Under the pieces are notes generated by a model, which had not been told where the DNA came from, did not search any database, and saw only the letters and a program-made list of their open reading frames with translations. The position numbers and the translations under genes are program-made. From the NCBI GenBank assembly GCA_965219445.1, contig CBDCNQ010000004.1:832001-896000 (forward strand): a DNA stretch of 64,000 nt, given 5' to 3'. Source of the stretch: Longimicrobiales bacterium. GTDB taxonomy: Bacteria; Gemmatimonadota; Gemmatimonadetes; Longimicrobiales; Gaopeijiaceae. Of this stretch, positions 9,248-19,243 are shown one piece after another. Each line of letters opens with the position of its first letter. Position 1 is the stretch's first letter.

Positions 9248-10531
9248 ATGAAGAACCCGACTCTTCTCGTACGCCGTGTTGTGGCCACCCGCTACAGCGT
9301 CCTCCTCACGCTGGCTCTGATCACCCCGTGTGGGCCTGCTGTCGCTCAGGGCCTCCCCACCACCGCACCCGAATCCGTCGGGCTCTCGAGCGCACGGCTC
9401 GACCGAGTGACCGACGGACTGCAGGCCCATGTCGATGCCGGGCACATCGCGGGCGTCGTGGGTGCGGTGGTCCGACACGGCCGACTGGCCTATATGGAGG
9501 CGTTGGGACAGGCGAACATCGAAGCCGCTCGCCCCATGCCCGAAGACGCCATTTTCCGTCTCTACTCGATGACCCGCCCCATTACCAGCGCAGCAGCAAT
9601 GATCCTTTGGGAGGAGGGGGCGTTCCAGCTCGACGATCCCATCTCGCGGTACCTGCCCCTGTTTGCGAACCAGAGGACCTTCGCCGACGCCGACTCGCCG
9701 AGCATGGACCGAACGCAGGCGCGCAGAGGTGATATCACCGTAGAGCACCTACTGCTGCATACGTCAGGGATGGGTAGCCGCAGTTCGTCGATCTACCGCG
9801 CCGAGGGCGTACGTTCGCGTTCGATCACACTCGAACAGATGGTCGACAACGCAGCTCGTACTCCCCTGTTCGAGGATCCGGGCACGAACTGGCGATACGG
9901 CATCTCGACCACGATTCTCGGACGCCTCGTCGAAGTCTGGTCGGGTAGACCGCTGGAGGATTTCCTCCAGGAGCGCCTTTTCGAGCCCCTGGGTATGACG
10001 GACACAGGGTTCTGGGTCGAGCCCGACCACGTTGACCGTTTGGCCACAGTCTACCGCCCGTCACCCGAGGGCGAGCTCCGGCCGTACCAGATCGAGGACG
10101 TCCCTTTCACCGAGCGACCCGTCCTAATCGAGGGCGGCGTCGGCCTGGTGGCCTCCACAATGGACTTCCTGCGCTTCTCACAGATGTTCCTGAACGGGGG
10201 AGAGTTGGACGGGAATCGGGTGCTCCAGCCCGAGACGGTTGCAATGATGACGGTCAATCGTGTTCCCGACGCACTCCTTCCGCTCAATCCTCGCTCCCTC
10301 GGGAGGGGGTGGACTCTGGGCTTCAGCGCAGTGATCGACGCCCGTGAGTTCCCCTATCCGGTGAATGACGGCGACTTCTGGTGGGATGGCTCTGCGGGCA
10401 CACGCTTCTGGATCGATCCAAGTGAGGACATAATCACGATTGTCATGGCACAGGTCTCGCCCTCGGGAGGCGGGGGCTTTCGGGAGGAGTTCAAGACGCG
10501 TGTTTACGACGCGATTATCGAGGAGCGTTAA
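9248..10531 (+). CDS. Secreted serine hydrolase (beta-lactamase/class C-like family)
   Basis: Signal peptide; FRLYSMTRPIT, LLLHTSG, PGTNWRYG, LFEPLGMTDT, WDGSAGT. Confidence 0.9.
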   Translation: MKNPTLLVRRVVATRYSVLLTLALITPCGPAVAQGLPTTAPESVGLSSARLDRVTDGLQAHVDAGHIAGVVGAVVRHGRLAYMEALGQANIEAARPMPEDAIFRLYSMTRPITSAAAMILWEEGAFQLDDPISRYLPLFANQRTFADADSPSMDRTQARRGDITVEHLLLHTSGMGSRSSSIYRAEGVRSRSITLEQMVDNAARTPLFEDPGTNWRYGISTTILGRLVEVWSGRPLEDFLQERLFEPLGMTDTGFWVEPDHVDRLATVYRPSPEGELRPYQIEDVPFTERPVLIEGGVGLVASTMDFLRFSQMFLNGGELDGNRVLQPETVAMMTVNRVPDALLPLNPRSLGRGWTLGFSAVIDAREFPYPVNDGDFWWDGSAGTRFWIDPSEDIITIVMAQVSPSGGGGFREEFKTRVYDAIIEER

Positions 10532-10765
10532 TCAGCCGACTTTGAGCTGCCCGTGTGCTCATTCTTTTCGTGTTTCCGGACCTCAAGAACCCGAGCCGGG
10601 CCCTCCGGTACATCCGTCCTCGGTCTGTGGGGCTCAGAAGATGGTTTCCAAAAGACATGGGCCTGACAACATTTGTTTCAGGACACTGTCCTGGCGCGAC
10701 GGCGTCTGGGATGGTGGTGAGAAGCCGTATGAGTGGACACACGAAACTATGGGGCCGGTAGGCTC

Positions 10766-11314
10766 ATGCTAGACTCTGACGACGGCACTGTCGTGCCTCA
10801 ACCCACAGAATCACCGCCGGAGCGGCAGCAGCACCCGCCGGGGAAAGCCGACGTTCCCTACGACGGGACGATCCGGCTGGTGGGTCATCGCGTGCGGGAG
10901 GTTCAGCGCGGCATGGTTCAGGTGGAGGCTCAGATCACCTGTGAGGGTCGCACCTTCAATGGCGCGGCATCAGGACCTGTAGGGGCCGCCGACCGGTTGC
11001 GAGTGCCCGCGCTGGCCACCCTGAGAGCCCTCGACACCTGCCTACAGATCTTTTATCTGGGCTATTCCGATCCGGCCCTCTCCCTCGACAACGTGATAGA
11101 GGTATCGGTCGGTGATTTTCCGGTGGCCGTGGTGATGATAACGGCGTCGGAGAAGGGGAATCCGACGCCTCTGGTCGCGGCGTGTCCCCTCGTCGGCATG
11201 TCGGATTTGGCCATCATTCTAGCGACTCTTCAAGCCACGGCCCGGACGGTGAGCCATTGGCTGACCTGGGGGGATCGAGCCTCCAATGCGGAGGAACAGG
11301 ACCGGCCACAATGA
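10766..11314 (+). CDS. Hypothetical protein (domain shared with downstream gene)
   Basis: ORF ending in an ATLQAT motif; ATGA overlap with the next gene. Start uncertain (10733 or 10766). Confidence 0.65.
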   Translation: MLDSDDGTVVPQPTESPPERQQHPPGKADVPYDGTIRLVGHRVREVQRGMVQVEAQITCEGRTFNGAASGPVGAADRLRVPALATLRALDTCLQIFYLGYSDPALSLDNVIEVSVGDFPVAVVMITASEKGNPTPLVAACPLVGMSDLAIILATLQATARTVSHWLTWGDRASNAEEQDRPQ

Positions 11315-12183
11315 CGCAGACCGTCGATCAGGGCGCTGACGGAGGTGTGGTCGAGCGCGTGGAGCTACTTCTTGCATCACTCACGGCGGTCGTGTCGGCG
11401 CGAGTCATACTCGACGAGGAAAAGGGACCCCAAGTCCACATCATCGCGACTTCGGAGATGCCGGTGTCGGAGGTCTCCAGGGCGGTGATGTCGGCACTGA
11501 CCTGGGGACTCGGTTTCCAGGTCCCGTCGAGCCAAATAACCGTGGTACAGAGCAGCCTGTCGCGTGAGGAGTTGCACTCCCTCTTGGGTCCGGAAGCCGC
11601 CGAAATGGCACCTTCCTCGGACGTGCCCCCGGAGGCACCACCGTCCGCCGAATCCGATCGGAGATCGGCGGTTCCGGAGACCGGACTAGTGGAATTCAGT
11701 CTCGGCGGTTCCGGGGATGAGCCGGCGGACGGACCGGGGTTCGACATTCGGCGCCTCGAGCTTCAAGACCTTGAATTGACGAAGAACCCCCAAGGCGGAT
11801 TCAGCATCTCCGTGCATCTGGCTGACAACAACCGCTCCATCGGAGCCCAAAGGGAAGCGGCCGGAACGGAGGAAGATCTATTGGAGGTTCCGGCCAGCGC
11901 CGCTCTCGGCGTGATCCAGGAATTTCTTCGAGCCGGGCGCAAGGACGGACTCAACGTCGTGCTCAGATTCCTGGCTGCCAGGCGCCTCCGCCATCCGCAA
12001 CACGATGTCGTCGTTGTGGTGGTAGAGGCAGTGGTCCGCGGCCGCCGGATTCCTATGACGGGTGCCGCCTCTGCTGCCAACGGAGTCGAGAGGGGTTCGG
12101 TCCTGGCCACGCTTCAGGCCACCAACGCCTTTGTCCCGGGCACACTGTCTGCGAAGGCTGGCAACGGAGCCTCGGCGGAGTAA
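11311..12183 (+). CDS. Hypothetical protein
   Basis: ATG overlaps the upstream stop. N-domain VVSARV..VHIIA..SAL..ITVVQ, a Pro/Ser/Glu linker, and a C-domain ending ATLQATN. Confidence 0.7.
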   Translation: MTQTVDQGADGGVVERVELLLASLTAVVSARVILDEEKGPQVHIIATSEMPVSEVSRAVMSALTWGLGFQVPSSQITVVQSSLSREELHSLLGPEAAEMAPSSDVPPEAPPSAESDRRSAVPETGLVEFSLGGSGDEPADGPGFDIRRLELQDLELTKNPQGGFSISVHLADNNRSIGAQREAAGTEEDLLEVPASAALGVIQEFLRAGRKDGLNVVLRFLAARRLRHPQHDVVVVVVEAVVRGRRIPMTGAASAANGVERGSVLATLQATNAFVPGTLSAKAGNGASAE

Positions 12184-12320
12184 CTCTTTACTTGGCGAAC
12201 TTGGCGACGATCGACTCCACGATCGACCGTTGCACTCCCCACAAACCCCCGATAAGCTCGATCCAGTCGAGGCCCAACGGTCTTCGGCCCCGCACCGTCA
12301 CTTCGACTGGAGAGCCACTC

Positions 12321-13622
12321 ATGGCCACCCCGAACCTCGGCGCTTCAACTCGCCTGCGTTGGCGGGCCCTCCCGCTGGCCACCACCCTCGTTCTTGCTGT
12401 CGCACTCAAGCCTGCGACCGCACAGGACTTGCCGCGTGCAACGCCCGAGGAGGTCGGCATGTCGTCGGCACGGCTCGAGCGGCTGAGCGACGCGCTACAG
12501 GCCTACGTCGACAACGGTGAGGTGGCGGGCGCCACGACCATCGTGGTGCGCCGTGGCAAGATCGCCTACCTCGAGGCGTTTGGGCAGCGGGACCGCGAGG
12601 CGCGCTCACCGATGAGGACTGACGCGATCTTCCGGATCGCATCGCAAACGAAGGCACCGATCAGCGTCGGCGTCATGATGCTCCAGGAAGAAGGCAAGCT
12701 CCTGATTACCGACCCGGTCGGGAAGTACCTGCCGGAGTTCATGCAGACGACCGTGGGGATGCCGAACGGTGCAGGCGGCTACACCATAGTCCCGGCCGAC
12801 CGACCCATCGTCATCCGCGACCTCCTGACCCATACGGCTGGGATCAGCTATGGCACCGGTCTGGCGAGTGAGCGCTGGGAAGAAGCCGGCATCACCGGCT
12901 GGTACTTCGCGAATCGGGATGAACCGGTCGGTGCCACCGTGGCACGGATTGCGAAGCTCCCGATGAATGCACAACCGGGCACTCAGTGGGTCTACGGCTA
13001 CAACACCGACATCCTCGGGGCGCTCATCGAGAAGGTGAGTGGGCAGCCGCTCGACGTCTTCATGCGAGAGCGTATCCTGGAACCACTCGGTATGAACGAC
13101 ACGCATTTCTATCTTCCAACAGGCGACCAGGATCGGCTGGCGACGGTCTACTCCGCGACGAATGGCGGGCTGGAGCGTGCGCCCGATCCCGGCCATATGG
13201 TGGGCCAAGGTGCCTACGTCGACGGACCGCGTCGGAGCTTTTCGGGCGGGGCAGGCTTCCTTTCGACCGTCTCCGACTATGCCCGGTTCCTGCAGATGAT
13301 GCTCAACGGCGGGGAGCTCGAGGGCGTCCGCATCCTGACACCGAAGACGGTCGAGTTGATGACGACCGACCACCTCCGCGATATCCCCTTCCGGTCGGGT
13401 CAGGGCTTCGGCCTCGGCTTCTCCATCGTGACCGACCTCGGCGCCCGCGGCATCCCTGGCTCTGTCGGCGAATACGGTTGGGGGGGTGCCTATCACTCGA
13501 CGTATTGGGTCGATCCGGAGGAGGAGCTCGTCGTGGTCTACCTGACGAACCTGATCCCCGCCGGCGGCATCGACGACCACGGCAAACTGCGAGCGCTCAT
13601 CTATCAGGCGATTATGAACTAA
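12321..13622 (+). CDS. Secreted serine hydrolase (beta-lactamase/class C-like family)
   Basis: Signal peptide; FRIASQTK (SxxK), [21 protein letters not shown]. Confidence 0.9.
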   Translation: MATPNLGASTRLRWRALPLATTLVLAVALKPATAQDLPRATPEEVGMSSARLERLSDALQAYVDNGEVAGATTIVVRRGKIAYLEAFGQRDREARSPMRTDAIFRIASQTKAPISVGVMMLQEEGKLLITDPVGKYLPEFMQTTVGMPNGAGGYTIVPADRPIVIRDLLTHTAGISYGTGLASERWEEAGITGWYFANRDEPVGATVARIAKLPMNAQPGTQWVYGYNTDILGALIEKVSGQPLDVFMRERILEPLGMNDTHFYLPTGDQDRLATVYSATNGGLERAPDPGHMVGQGAYVDGPRRSFSGGAGFLSTVSDYARFLQMMLNGGELEGVRILTPKTVELMTTDHLRDIPFRSGQGFGLGFSIVTDLGARGIPGSVGEYGWGGAYHSTYWVDPEEELVVVYLTNLIPAGGIDDHGKLRALIYQAIMN

Positions 13623-13673
13623 GGCAAAGACCGGGGGAGGCCGGCGTGCGTCAGGTCATCCGTAACCTCCGCA

Positions 13674-15377
13674 TCACTGATCGAGCGCGAACACCCAGAC
13701 GACGCCGCCCTGCGGAATGAAGGTACTCGTGCCTCGCGCTCCATCGATGCGCCGGCCCATGGACGCTGCGTCCACCCCCCACCCCGACTGGACCGCGACG
13801 AACTGCACTCCATCGACCTCGTAGGTGGACGGCACACCGATGATTCCGGAGTTGGTGCGCTGCTGCCACAGGATCTCACCGGTCCGGGCGTCGAACGCCC
13901 GGAAGTACCGGTCGTCCGTTCCGCCCGCGAAGACGAGTCCACCTCCGGTCGTAAGCACCGGGCCCCAGTTCTGAGAGTCGAACTCTTGGGTCCACACGCG
14001 TTCGCCCGTGTTCAAATCCCAGGCCTGCAGCTCGCCGATATGGTCGGCCCCGGGGGCCACGGTCATCTCCGTGTCTGCCCCCGTGAAGGAACGACCAGGT
14101 TGGTATTCGATTTCCTCTCCAACGCTGGTCCCGCAGAGGTTTTCGTTGGCCGGAATGTAGAGAAACCCAGTGTTCGGGTTGTAGGCGGCGGGCGGCCAGT
14201 CCTTGCCTCCCCACAGCGACGGGCAGAACTCGGCCGGCTTCCCGGTACCGGGCTTCCGCTCTTCATCGTAGGTCGGTCGACCCGTCTCCGGGTCGAGGCT
14301 GGTGAAAACGTTCTGGCGCACGAAAGGTTGAGCGTCCACGAAGCGAATGGCCTCTGAGTCACGCTCCAGAATCCACAGGTACCCATTCCGGCCCGGATGG
14401 ACGAGCCCCGGAATCGTTCGCCCGTCTCGCTCCACGTCTATGAGAAGCGGCGTCGAAACCTCATCCCAATCCCACGACCCATTCCAATGGTACTGGTGAT
14501 GGGTAACGAGCTCGCCGGTGTCGATAGCGAGGGCAATCACCGAGTTGGTGTACAGATTGTCCCCCGGGCGCTGGTCTCCGATCCAGGGGCCAGGGTTGCC
14601 CGTGCCCCAATACGTGAGTCCTAGACCAGGATCGTAGTGACCCGTGAGCCAAACGGCGGCCCCGCCGGTACGCCATGCCCCCTCCGGCCACGTATCGTTG
14701 CCCGGCTCGCCCGGTCCGGGCACCGTGTAGGTTCTCCAGACCTCCTCGCCTGTCTCCGTATCGAGAGCTACGACAAAACCGCGAATGCCAAGCTCGCCGC
14801 CTGAGACGCCCACCATGACCTTCCCCCGCGCAGCCAAAGGCGCCAGCGTCATGTAGTACCCTACGGAATTATCTGCCACCGGCGTGTCCCAAACGACTTC
14901 ACCTGAGCGGGCGTCGAGCGCCACCACCCGTGCGTCCAGCGTCGCCATATACACCTTGTCCCCGAACAACGCCACACCCCGGTTCGTGTTGTGAAGCGCG
15001 ATCCGATCCGGGCTGAGCCCATGCGAGTAGCGCCACAGTAGGTCTCCGTTCCGGGCGTCCAGAGCGAACAGTTGATTGCCCGGAGTGGTGATGAACATGA
15101 TCCCGTCATTGACGACCGGTGGGGACTCGTGACCCCCCGTTGCGTTTGTCGAAAACGCCCATACCGGGTTGAGATTCTGCACGTTGGACGCGTCGATCTG
15201 ATCGAGCGGGCTGTATCCCCACCCGCTGTAGCCCCCACGATATGACAGCCAGTTCTCGGGTTCGGGACTCATGAGCCGCTCGTCGGTAACCGGCCGGTAT
15301 GCCTGGCCAGCCACAGTGGCCGGGGCCAATGTGATCACCACTGCCAGGGCCATTAGACCTGTGTGCTTCGTGGTCAC
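13674..15377 (-). CDS. PQQ-dependent dehydrogenase, methanol/ethanol family
   Basis: Signal peptide; PQQ propeller repeats (ALDARNGDLLW); GGELGIRG, GTGNPGPW, RPGDNLY, WDWDE. GTG start after AAGGAGG. Confidence 0.9.
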   Translation of the reverse strand: MTTKHTGLMALAVVITLAPATVAGQAYRPVTDERLMSPEPENWLSYRGGYSGWGYSPLDQIDASNVQNLNPVWAFSTNATGGHESPPVVNDGIMFITTPGNQLFALDARNGDLLWRYSHGLSPDRIALHNTNRGVALFGDKVYMATLDARVVALDARSGEVVWDTPVADNSVGYYMTLAPLAARGKVMVGVSGGELGIRGFVVALDTETGEEVWRTYTVPGPGEPGNDTWPEGAWRTGGAAVWLTGHYDPGLGLTYWGTGNPGPWIGDQRPGDNLYTNSVIALAIDTGELVTHHQYHWNGSWDWDEVSTPLLIDVERDGRTIPGLVHPGRNGYLWILERDSEAIRFVDAQPFVRQNVFTSLDPETGRPTYDEERKPGTGKPAEFCPSLWGGKDWPPAAYNPNTGFLYIPANENLCGTSVGEEIEYQPGRSFTGADTEMTVAPGADHIGELQAWDLNTGERVWTQEFDSQNWGPVLTTGGGLVFAGGTDDRYFRAFDARTGEILWQQRTNSGIIGVPSTYEVDGVQFVAVQSGWGVDAASMGRRIDGARGTSTFIPQGGVVWVFALDQ

Positions 15378-15599
15378 CAAAGGTCCCTCCTTTCCGCTCA
15401 ATGCGCGTGGAGCCAGCGAGCCGCAGAACGTAGGAGAGCAGCCCAGGGAGCGCTAGCGGCGTGCGACCTGATGTTGACCGGCCTCAGCCCGCCTCTCACC
15501 TTACGCTGGCCGTGAAGGGGGCTGTAATCTCCTTTTGAGAACCCGTGACGGCGTCTTCGACGACGTGCGCGCCGGAAGAGTCCTTCGCCGGTAGACCAA

Positions 15600-17186
15600 A
15601 TGCAAATTCTTCGATACTCCACTCTCGGCCCGCTGCTCGCCCTTGTGTCGGTGCTGACCACCACGTCGACTACTCAAGCTCAGAGTTATGACGTCATCAT
15701 TCGAAACGGGAGAGTGATCGACGGAACCGGCAACCCCTGGTTCCGGGCCGACGTGGCCTTGGACGGCGACCGAATCGGGGCCATCGGAGATCTCGCGGCA
15801 GCCACGGCGGGGCGTGAGATCGACGCCACAGGACTGTATGTGACGCCGGGCTTCATCGATGCCCACTCTCACGCGGGGCCTGGCCTGGCCACGGTGGGAC
15901 TGAGCCACGCAGAGCCCTTGCTGGTACAGGGCCTCACGACAGTGGTGATCAATCCGGACGGCGGAGGCCCCGTGGACCTGGCTCGCCAGAGGAACCAGCT
16001 CCTCCGAGAGGGCCTCGGTGTAAACACTGCGCAGTTGGTGCCCCACGGCTCGATTCGACGGCTCCTTTTGCGAGCCGAAGATCGCGCGCCCACGCCTGCG
16101 GAGATGGAAGAGATGCGCGGCTTGGTGCGAAGGGGCATGGAGGAAGGCGCCTACGGCTTGTCGTCGGGGACGTTCTACGTTCCGGGGAGCTACTCGGATC
16201 CGGACGAGATCGTCGACTTGGCGAGGGTGGTGGCCACGTTTGGCGGGGCTTATACGAGTCATATCCGCGACGAATCCGACTACAGCGTCGGACTCATAGC
16301 GTCGGTAGAGGAGGTGATCGACGTCGCCCGCAGGGCCGGCATTCCAAGCGTGATCACTCATGTCAAAGCAATGGGCCCGCGAGTATGGGGGTTCGGAGCC
16401 GCCGTCACCCAGAGGATCGAAGCGGCCCGGGAAGAGGGCATCGAGGTCTACACCGATCAGTACCCCTACGCGGCGTCCTCCACCAGTCTCAGCGCGGCCC
16501 TTCTCCCCCGATGGTCCCAGGCTGGTGGCAACGATTCGCTCATGGCGCGGTTCGACCGTCCTGGGGTCATGGCTGACATCCGCACCGCAATGGTTGAAAG
16601 TCTGGACCGGAGGAGTGGCGCGGATCGTATCCAGTTCCGACGAGTCCGCTTCGATGAATCGATCGAGGGGCGACTCCTATCAGCCCTCGCGAGCGAGCGC
16701 GGTGAGGATCCGATCGACACGGCGATCGATCTTCTCCGACGGGGGGGGGTGAGCATCATCTCCCATAACATGCACGACGACGACGTCAGGACGCTGATGA
16801 CTCCCTCCTGGAACATGACGGCTTCCGATGGTGGTCTCGTACCCTGGATGGAAGGCGTTCCTCATCCCAGATCCTACGGGACGTTTCCCAGAAAAATCCG
16901 CCAATACGTGCTGGAGGAGGGGATCGTGGACCTCGCCTCTGCCATCCGGAGCATGACGGGACTCCCCGCGCAGGTCTTACGCATTTCCGATCGGGGCGTG
17001 CTGCGCGCGGGAGCCTACGCCGACGTCGCGGTCTTCGATCTCTCGCTCTTGAACGACCCCGCGACCTTCACCGAGCCCCATCAGCTCGCAGAGGGGATGA
17101 TCGAGGTATTCGTGAACGGAGAGGCCGCCCTCTCCTCTGGCAAGGTCACGGGTACGTTGGCAGGGCGAGCACTTCGGAAGCGCTAG
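15600..17186 (+). CDS. N-acyl-D-amino-acid deacylase family amidohydrolase (secreted)
   Basis: IDGTGNP, PGFIDAHSH, HIRDES, DQYPY, HPRSYGTFPR; N-terminal signal peptide. Confidence 0.9.
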   Translation: MQILRYSTLGPLLALVSVLTTTSTTQAQSYDVIIRNGRVIDGTGNPWFRADVALDGDRIGAIGDLAAATAGREIDATGLYVTPGFIDAHSHAGPGLATVGLSHAEPLLVQGLTTVVINPDGGGPVDLARQRNQLLREGLGVNTAQLVPHGSIRRLLLRAEDRAPTPAEMEEMRGLVRRGMEEGAYGLSSGTFYVPGSYSDPDEIVDLARVVATFGGAYTSHIRDESDYSVGLIASVEEVIDVARRAGIPSVITHVKAMGPRVWGFGAAVTQRIEAAREEGIEVYTDQYPYAASSTSLSAALLPRWSQAGGNDSLMARFDRPGVMADIRTAMVESLDRRSGADRIQFRRVRFDESIEGRLLSALASERGEDPIDTAIDLLRRGGVSIISHNMHDDDVRTLMTPSWNMTASDGGLVPWMEGVPHPRSYGTFPRKIRQYVLEEGIVDLASAIRSMTGLPAQVLRISDRGVLRAGAYADVAVFDLSLLNDPATFTEPHQLAEGMIEVFVNGEAALSSGKVTGTLAGRALRKR

Positions 17187-17337
17187 TCGGCCGAAGGCCG
17201 CTCAAAACGCACAGTTTTGTGTGAACGTGGTGCAGCGGCTGAGCGGACTGCTCGACGACTGATGGGAGGAGTAGATAGCGATTCTGAGTTGGATTGGCGC
17301 GCTGGTCGTTCTGCTTTAGTCTGAGCGGCGGTGCGCC

Positions 17338-18000
17338 TCAGGGACCGCTGTTGCCCCTGGTCTGGTAGATCCAAGGCCGCCTGGTGCGATCCCAGCTCCT
17401 CAATGCCCTGGCATCGTCGGCGTGCTCGCGGATCTCTTCCAGGTCGTCCAGACCCTCCAACAGCTTCCTGCGGACCCTGCTATCTACCTCGAAGGAAACG
17501 GGTGCCAGCCCGGGGGCTTGGATCACCTGTCGTTCCAAGTCGACCATCATCTCCACCCCAGGATTCGACTCGGCCCATTCCGCCAACTGTTCGATCACCT
17601 TCATCTCGAGAGGCACTGCCAACAGCCCGTATCGAAACGAGTTGGTGTAGAAGATCGGTCCGAAGCTGGGCGCGATGACCACTCGAATGCCCATGGCCAT
17701 GGGCCACGTGACTCCGCCGGGCCGCGAGCTTCCGGCGCCGAAGTTCCTGCCGGTGAGCATAATCGAAGCGTTGCGATAAGCTTCTTGATTGCTGAAGAAG
17801 TCCGGGTTCTCCGTTCCGTCGGGAAAGTACCGGAGGCCTTCGAAAGCCCGTTCGGCGGGCGTCCCATTTGGAAGTATCCGATTGCCGCTACTCGCTGGGG
17901 CGATGATATCGGTGTTGATATTGTGCTGTAGAAACGGGGCGGGTATGCCGGCATGCCGCACGAAGATCGGAGCGCCTTCTGCGGCCTGCTGGGCGCTCAT
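17338..18000 (-). CDS. 3-isopropylmalate dehydratase small subunit-like (divergent LeuD)
   Basis: [41 protein letters not shown]. Confidence 0.8.
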   Translation of the reverse strand: MSAQQAAEGAPIFVRHAGIPAPFLQHNINTDIIAPASSGNRILPNGTPAERAFEGLRYFPDGTENPDFFSNQEAYRNASIMLTGRNFGAGSSRPGGVTWPMAMGIRVVIAPSFGPIFYTNSFRYGLLAVPLEMKVIEQLAEWAESNPGVEMMVDLERQVIQAPGLAPVSFEVDSRVRRKLLEGLDDLEEIREHADDARALRSWDRTRRPWIYQTRGNSGP

Positions 18001-18185
18001 GCGGGCTCCCCCGACACGAGGCGGCGCACGTCCGTGATCTCACCTGGAATGGCCGCCGCAGCCGCCATCGGCGTGCTGACGAGATGGGTGATGGCACCGT
18101 TACCGTGACGGCCGACGAAGTTGCGATTGAAATTCGACACGGGTGCTCCGGTTGGATGGAGCGGCTTGCCGTTCTGAACCTGCAT
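17997..18185 (-). pseudogene. C-terminal remnant of a LeuC-like large subunit
   Basis: [34 protein letters not shown] matches the LeuC C-terminus. The rest of the gene is absent. Confidence 0.8.
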
Positions 18186-18239
18186 CCCCCGTCTCCGAAC
18201 TCTTCCACCGGTGCTTCTCGCCCGGCGGCCTCTTGCTGC

Positions 18240-19172
18240 CTAATACACCGGCGAGCACTCGCTGCCAGTCACCTCCCCGCGAACCCACGCCGCAAGCGTC
18301 TGCCACTCCGAATTATTCCGGTTCTGCCACCGCCTCACGCCGTTGTGGGCATACGAACCGCCACCGTCCGGGTGCAGGGGCTTCAGCAGGAAGCGACTCC
18401 GCTCGGGATCGCCAGGCACGATCAGTCTCTGGAGCACCTCGAATCCCTGTCGGGCTTCCGCCTCCGTCAACGCGCCACCGCTGGCGCCGACCGGGGCGAA
18501 CCCTGCCGAGCCGCCTGAATGACACGACGTGCACGGGAGCTGCCCGTAATTCCCGACACTGAGCACCTGCGGGTGGACACAGCTGCGATAGAACTGGAAG
18601 TCGACGGCCACCCGCTCGTCGGCAGGCGTGAACTCCGCCGCCGGGAGGGCACGGATCCAGTCGAGTACGACTTGATACTCGGGGTCCTGAGTAGAATCCC
18701 AGTGGTTGCCACCCGTGTGAGGCAGCCCGCCGGCCACCTGCGCCAACGGCTTCAGTAGAAACCTGCTGGACTCTGGGTCGGAGGCATTGACCAGTTGGGT
18801 CACGACCTCGTAGTTCCGGCGAGACTGTTCCTCTGTCCAGGCCCCTCCATCCGATGTTTCGGTCGGCTCCTCGAGGGAGAAACGAACGCTCGTTTGCCAC
18901 ACGTGGCACATGACACATGCGGCCTGGCCGTCGGTCGACCCCGGGTAGCCGCGAGGCCTCAGGAACAGTGGCTCGATGTTCTGCCGGTAGTAGTCGAACG
19001 CAGCCTGTTGCATCGCACCGTCGGTGGACGGCTCCGTGGATGCTTGTAGCGGCTCGGCCAACCCCCAGCCCTCCGAGGTCGGGCCGAGACCAACAAGAAT
19101 GCCGACGCCAGCAATCAGGGAGAAGCCGGCCGCCCATCCCCCCAAACCACGCCCTCTAGTCTTCGGGTTCAT
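18240..19172 (-). CDS. Periplasmic diheme c-type cytochrome with tandem duplicated domain
   Basis: Two CxxCH motifs (CVMCH, CTSCH); repeated DPExSRFLLKPL..GG..H; N-terminal hydrophobic segment. Confidence 0.75.
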   Translation of the reverse strand: MNPKTRGRGLGGWAAGFSLIAGVGILVGLGPTSEGWGLAEPLQASTEPSTDGAMQQAAFDYYRQNIEPLFLRPRGYPGSTDGQAACVMCHVWQTSVRFSLEEPTETSDGGAWTEEQSRRNYEVVTQLVNASDPESSRFLLKPLAQVAGGLPHTGGNHWDSTQDPEYQVVLDWIRALPAAEFTPADERVAVDFQFYRSCVHPQVLSVGNYGQLPCTSCHSGGSAGFAPVGASGGALTEAEARQGFEVLQRLIVPGDPERSRFLLKPLHPDGGGSYAHNGVRRWQNRNNSEWQTLAAWVRGEVTGSECSPVY

Positions 19173-19243
19173 CCTTGTCACCACCTCATTCGTAGGTCGA
19201 CGCCCCAACTCTGGGCACACACAGCCTGCTCCACCGGAAGAAG

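Noticed and set aside
16741..16749. G9 run in the D-aminoacylase as a phase-variation site
   Set aside because: The run is in frame (RRGGV) and the gene is intact; a single sequence gives no evidence of variation.
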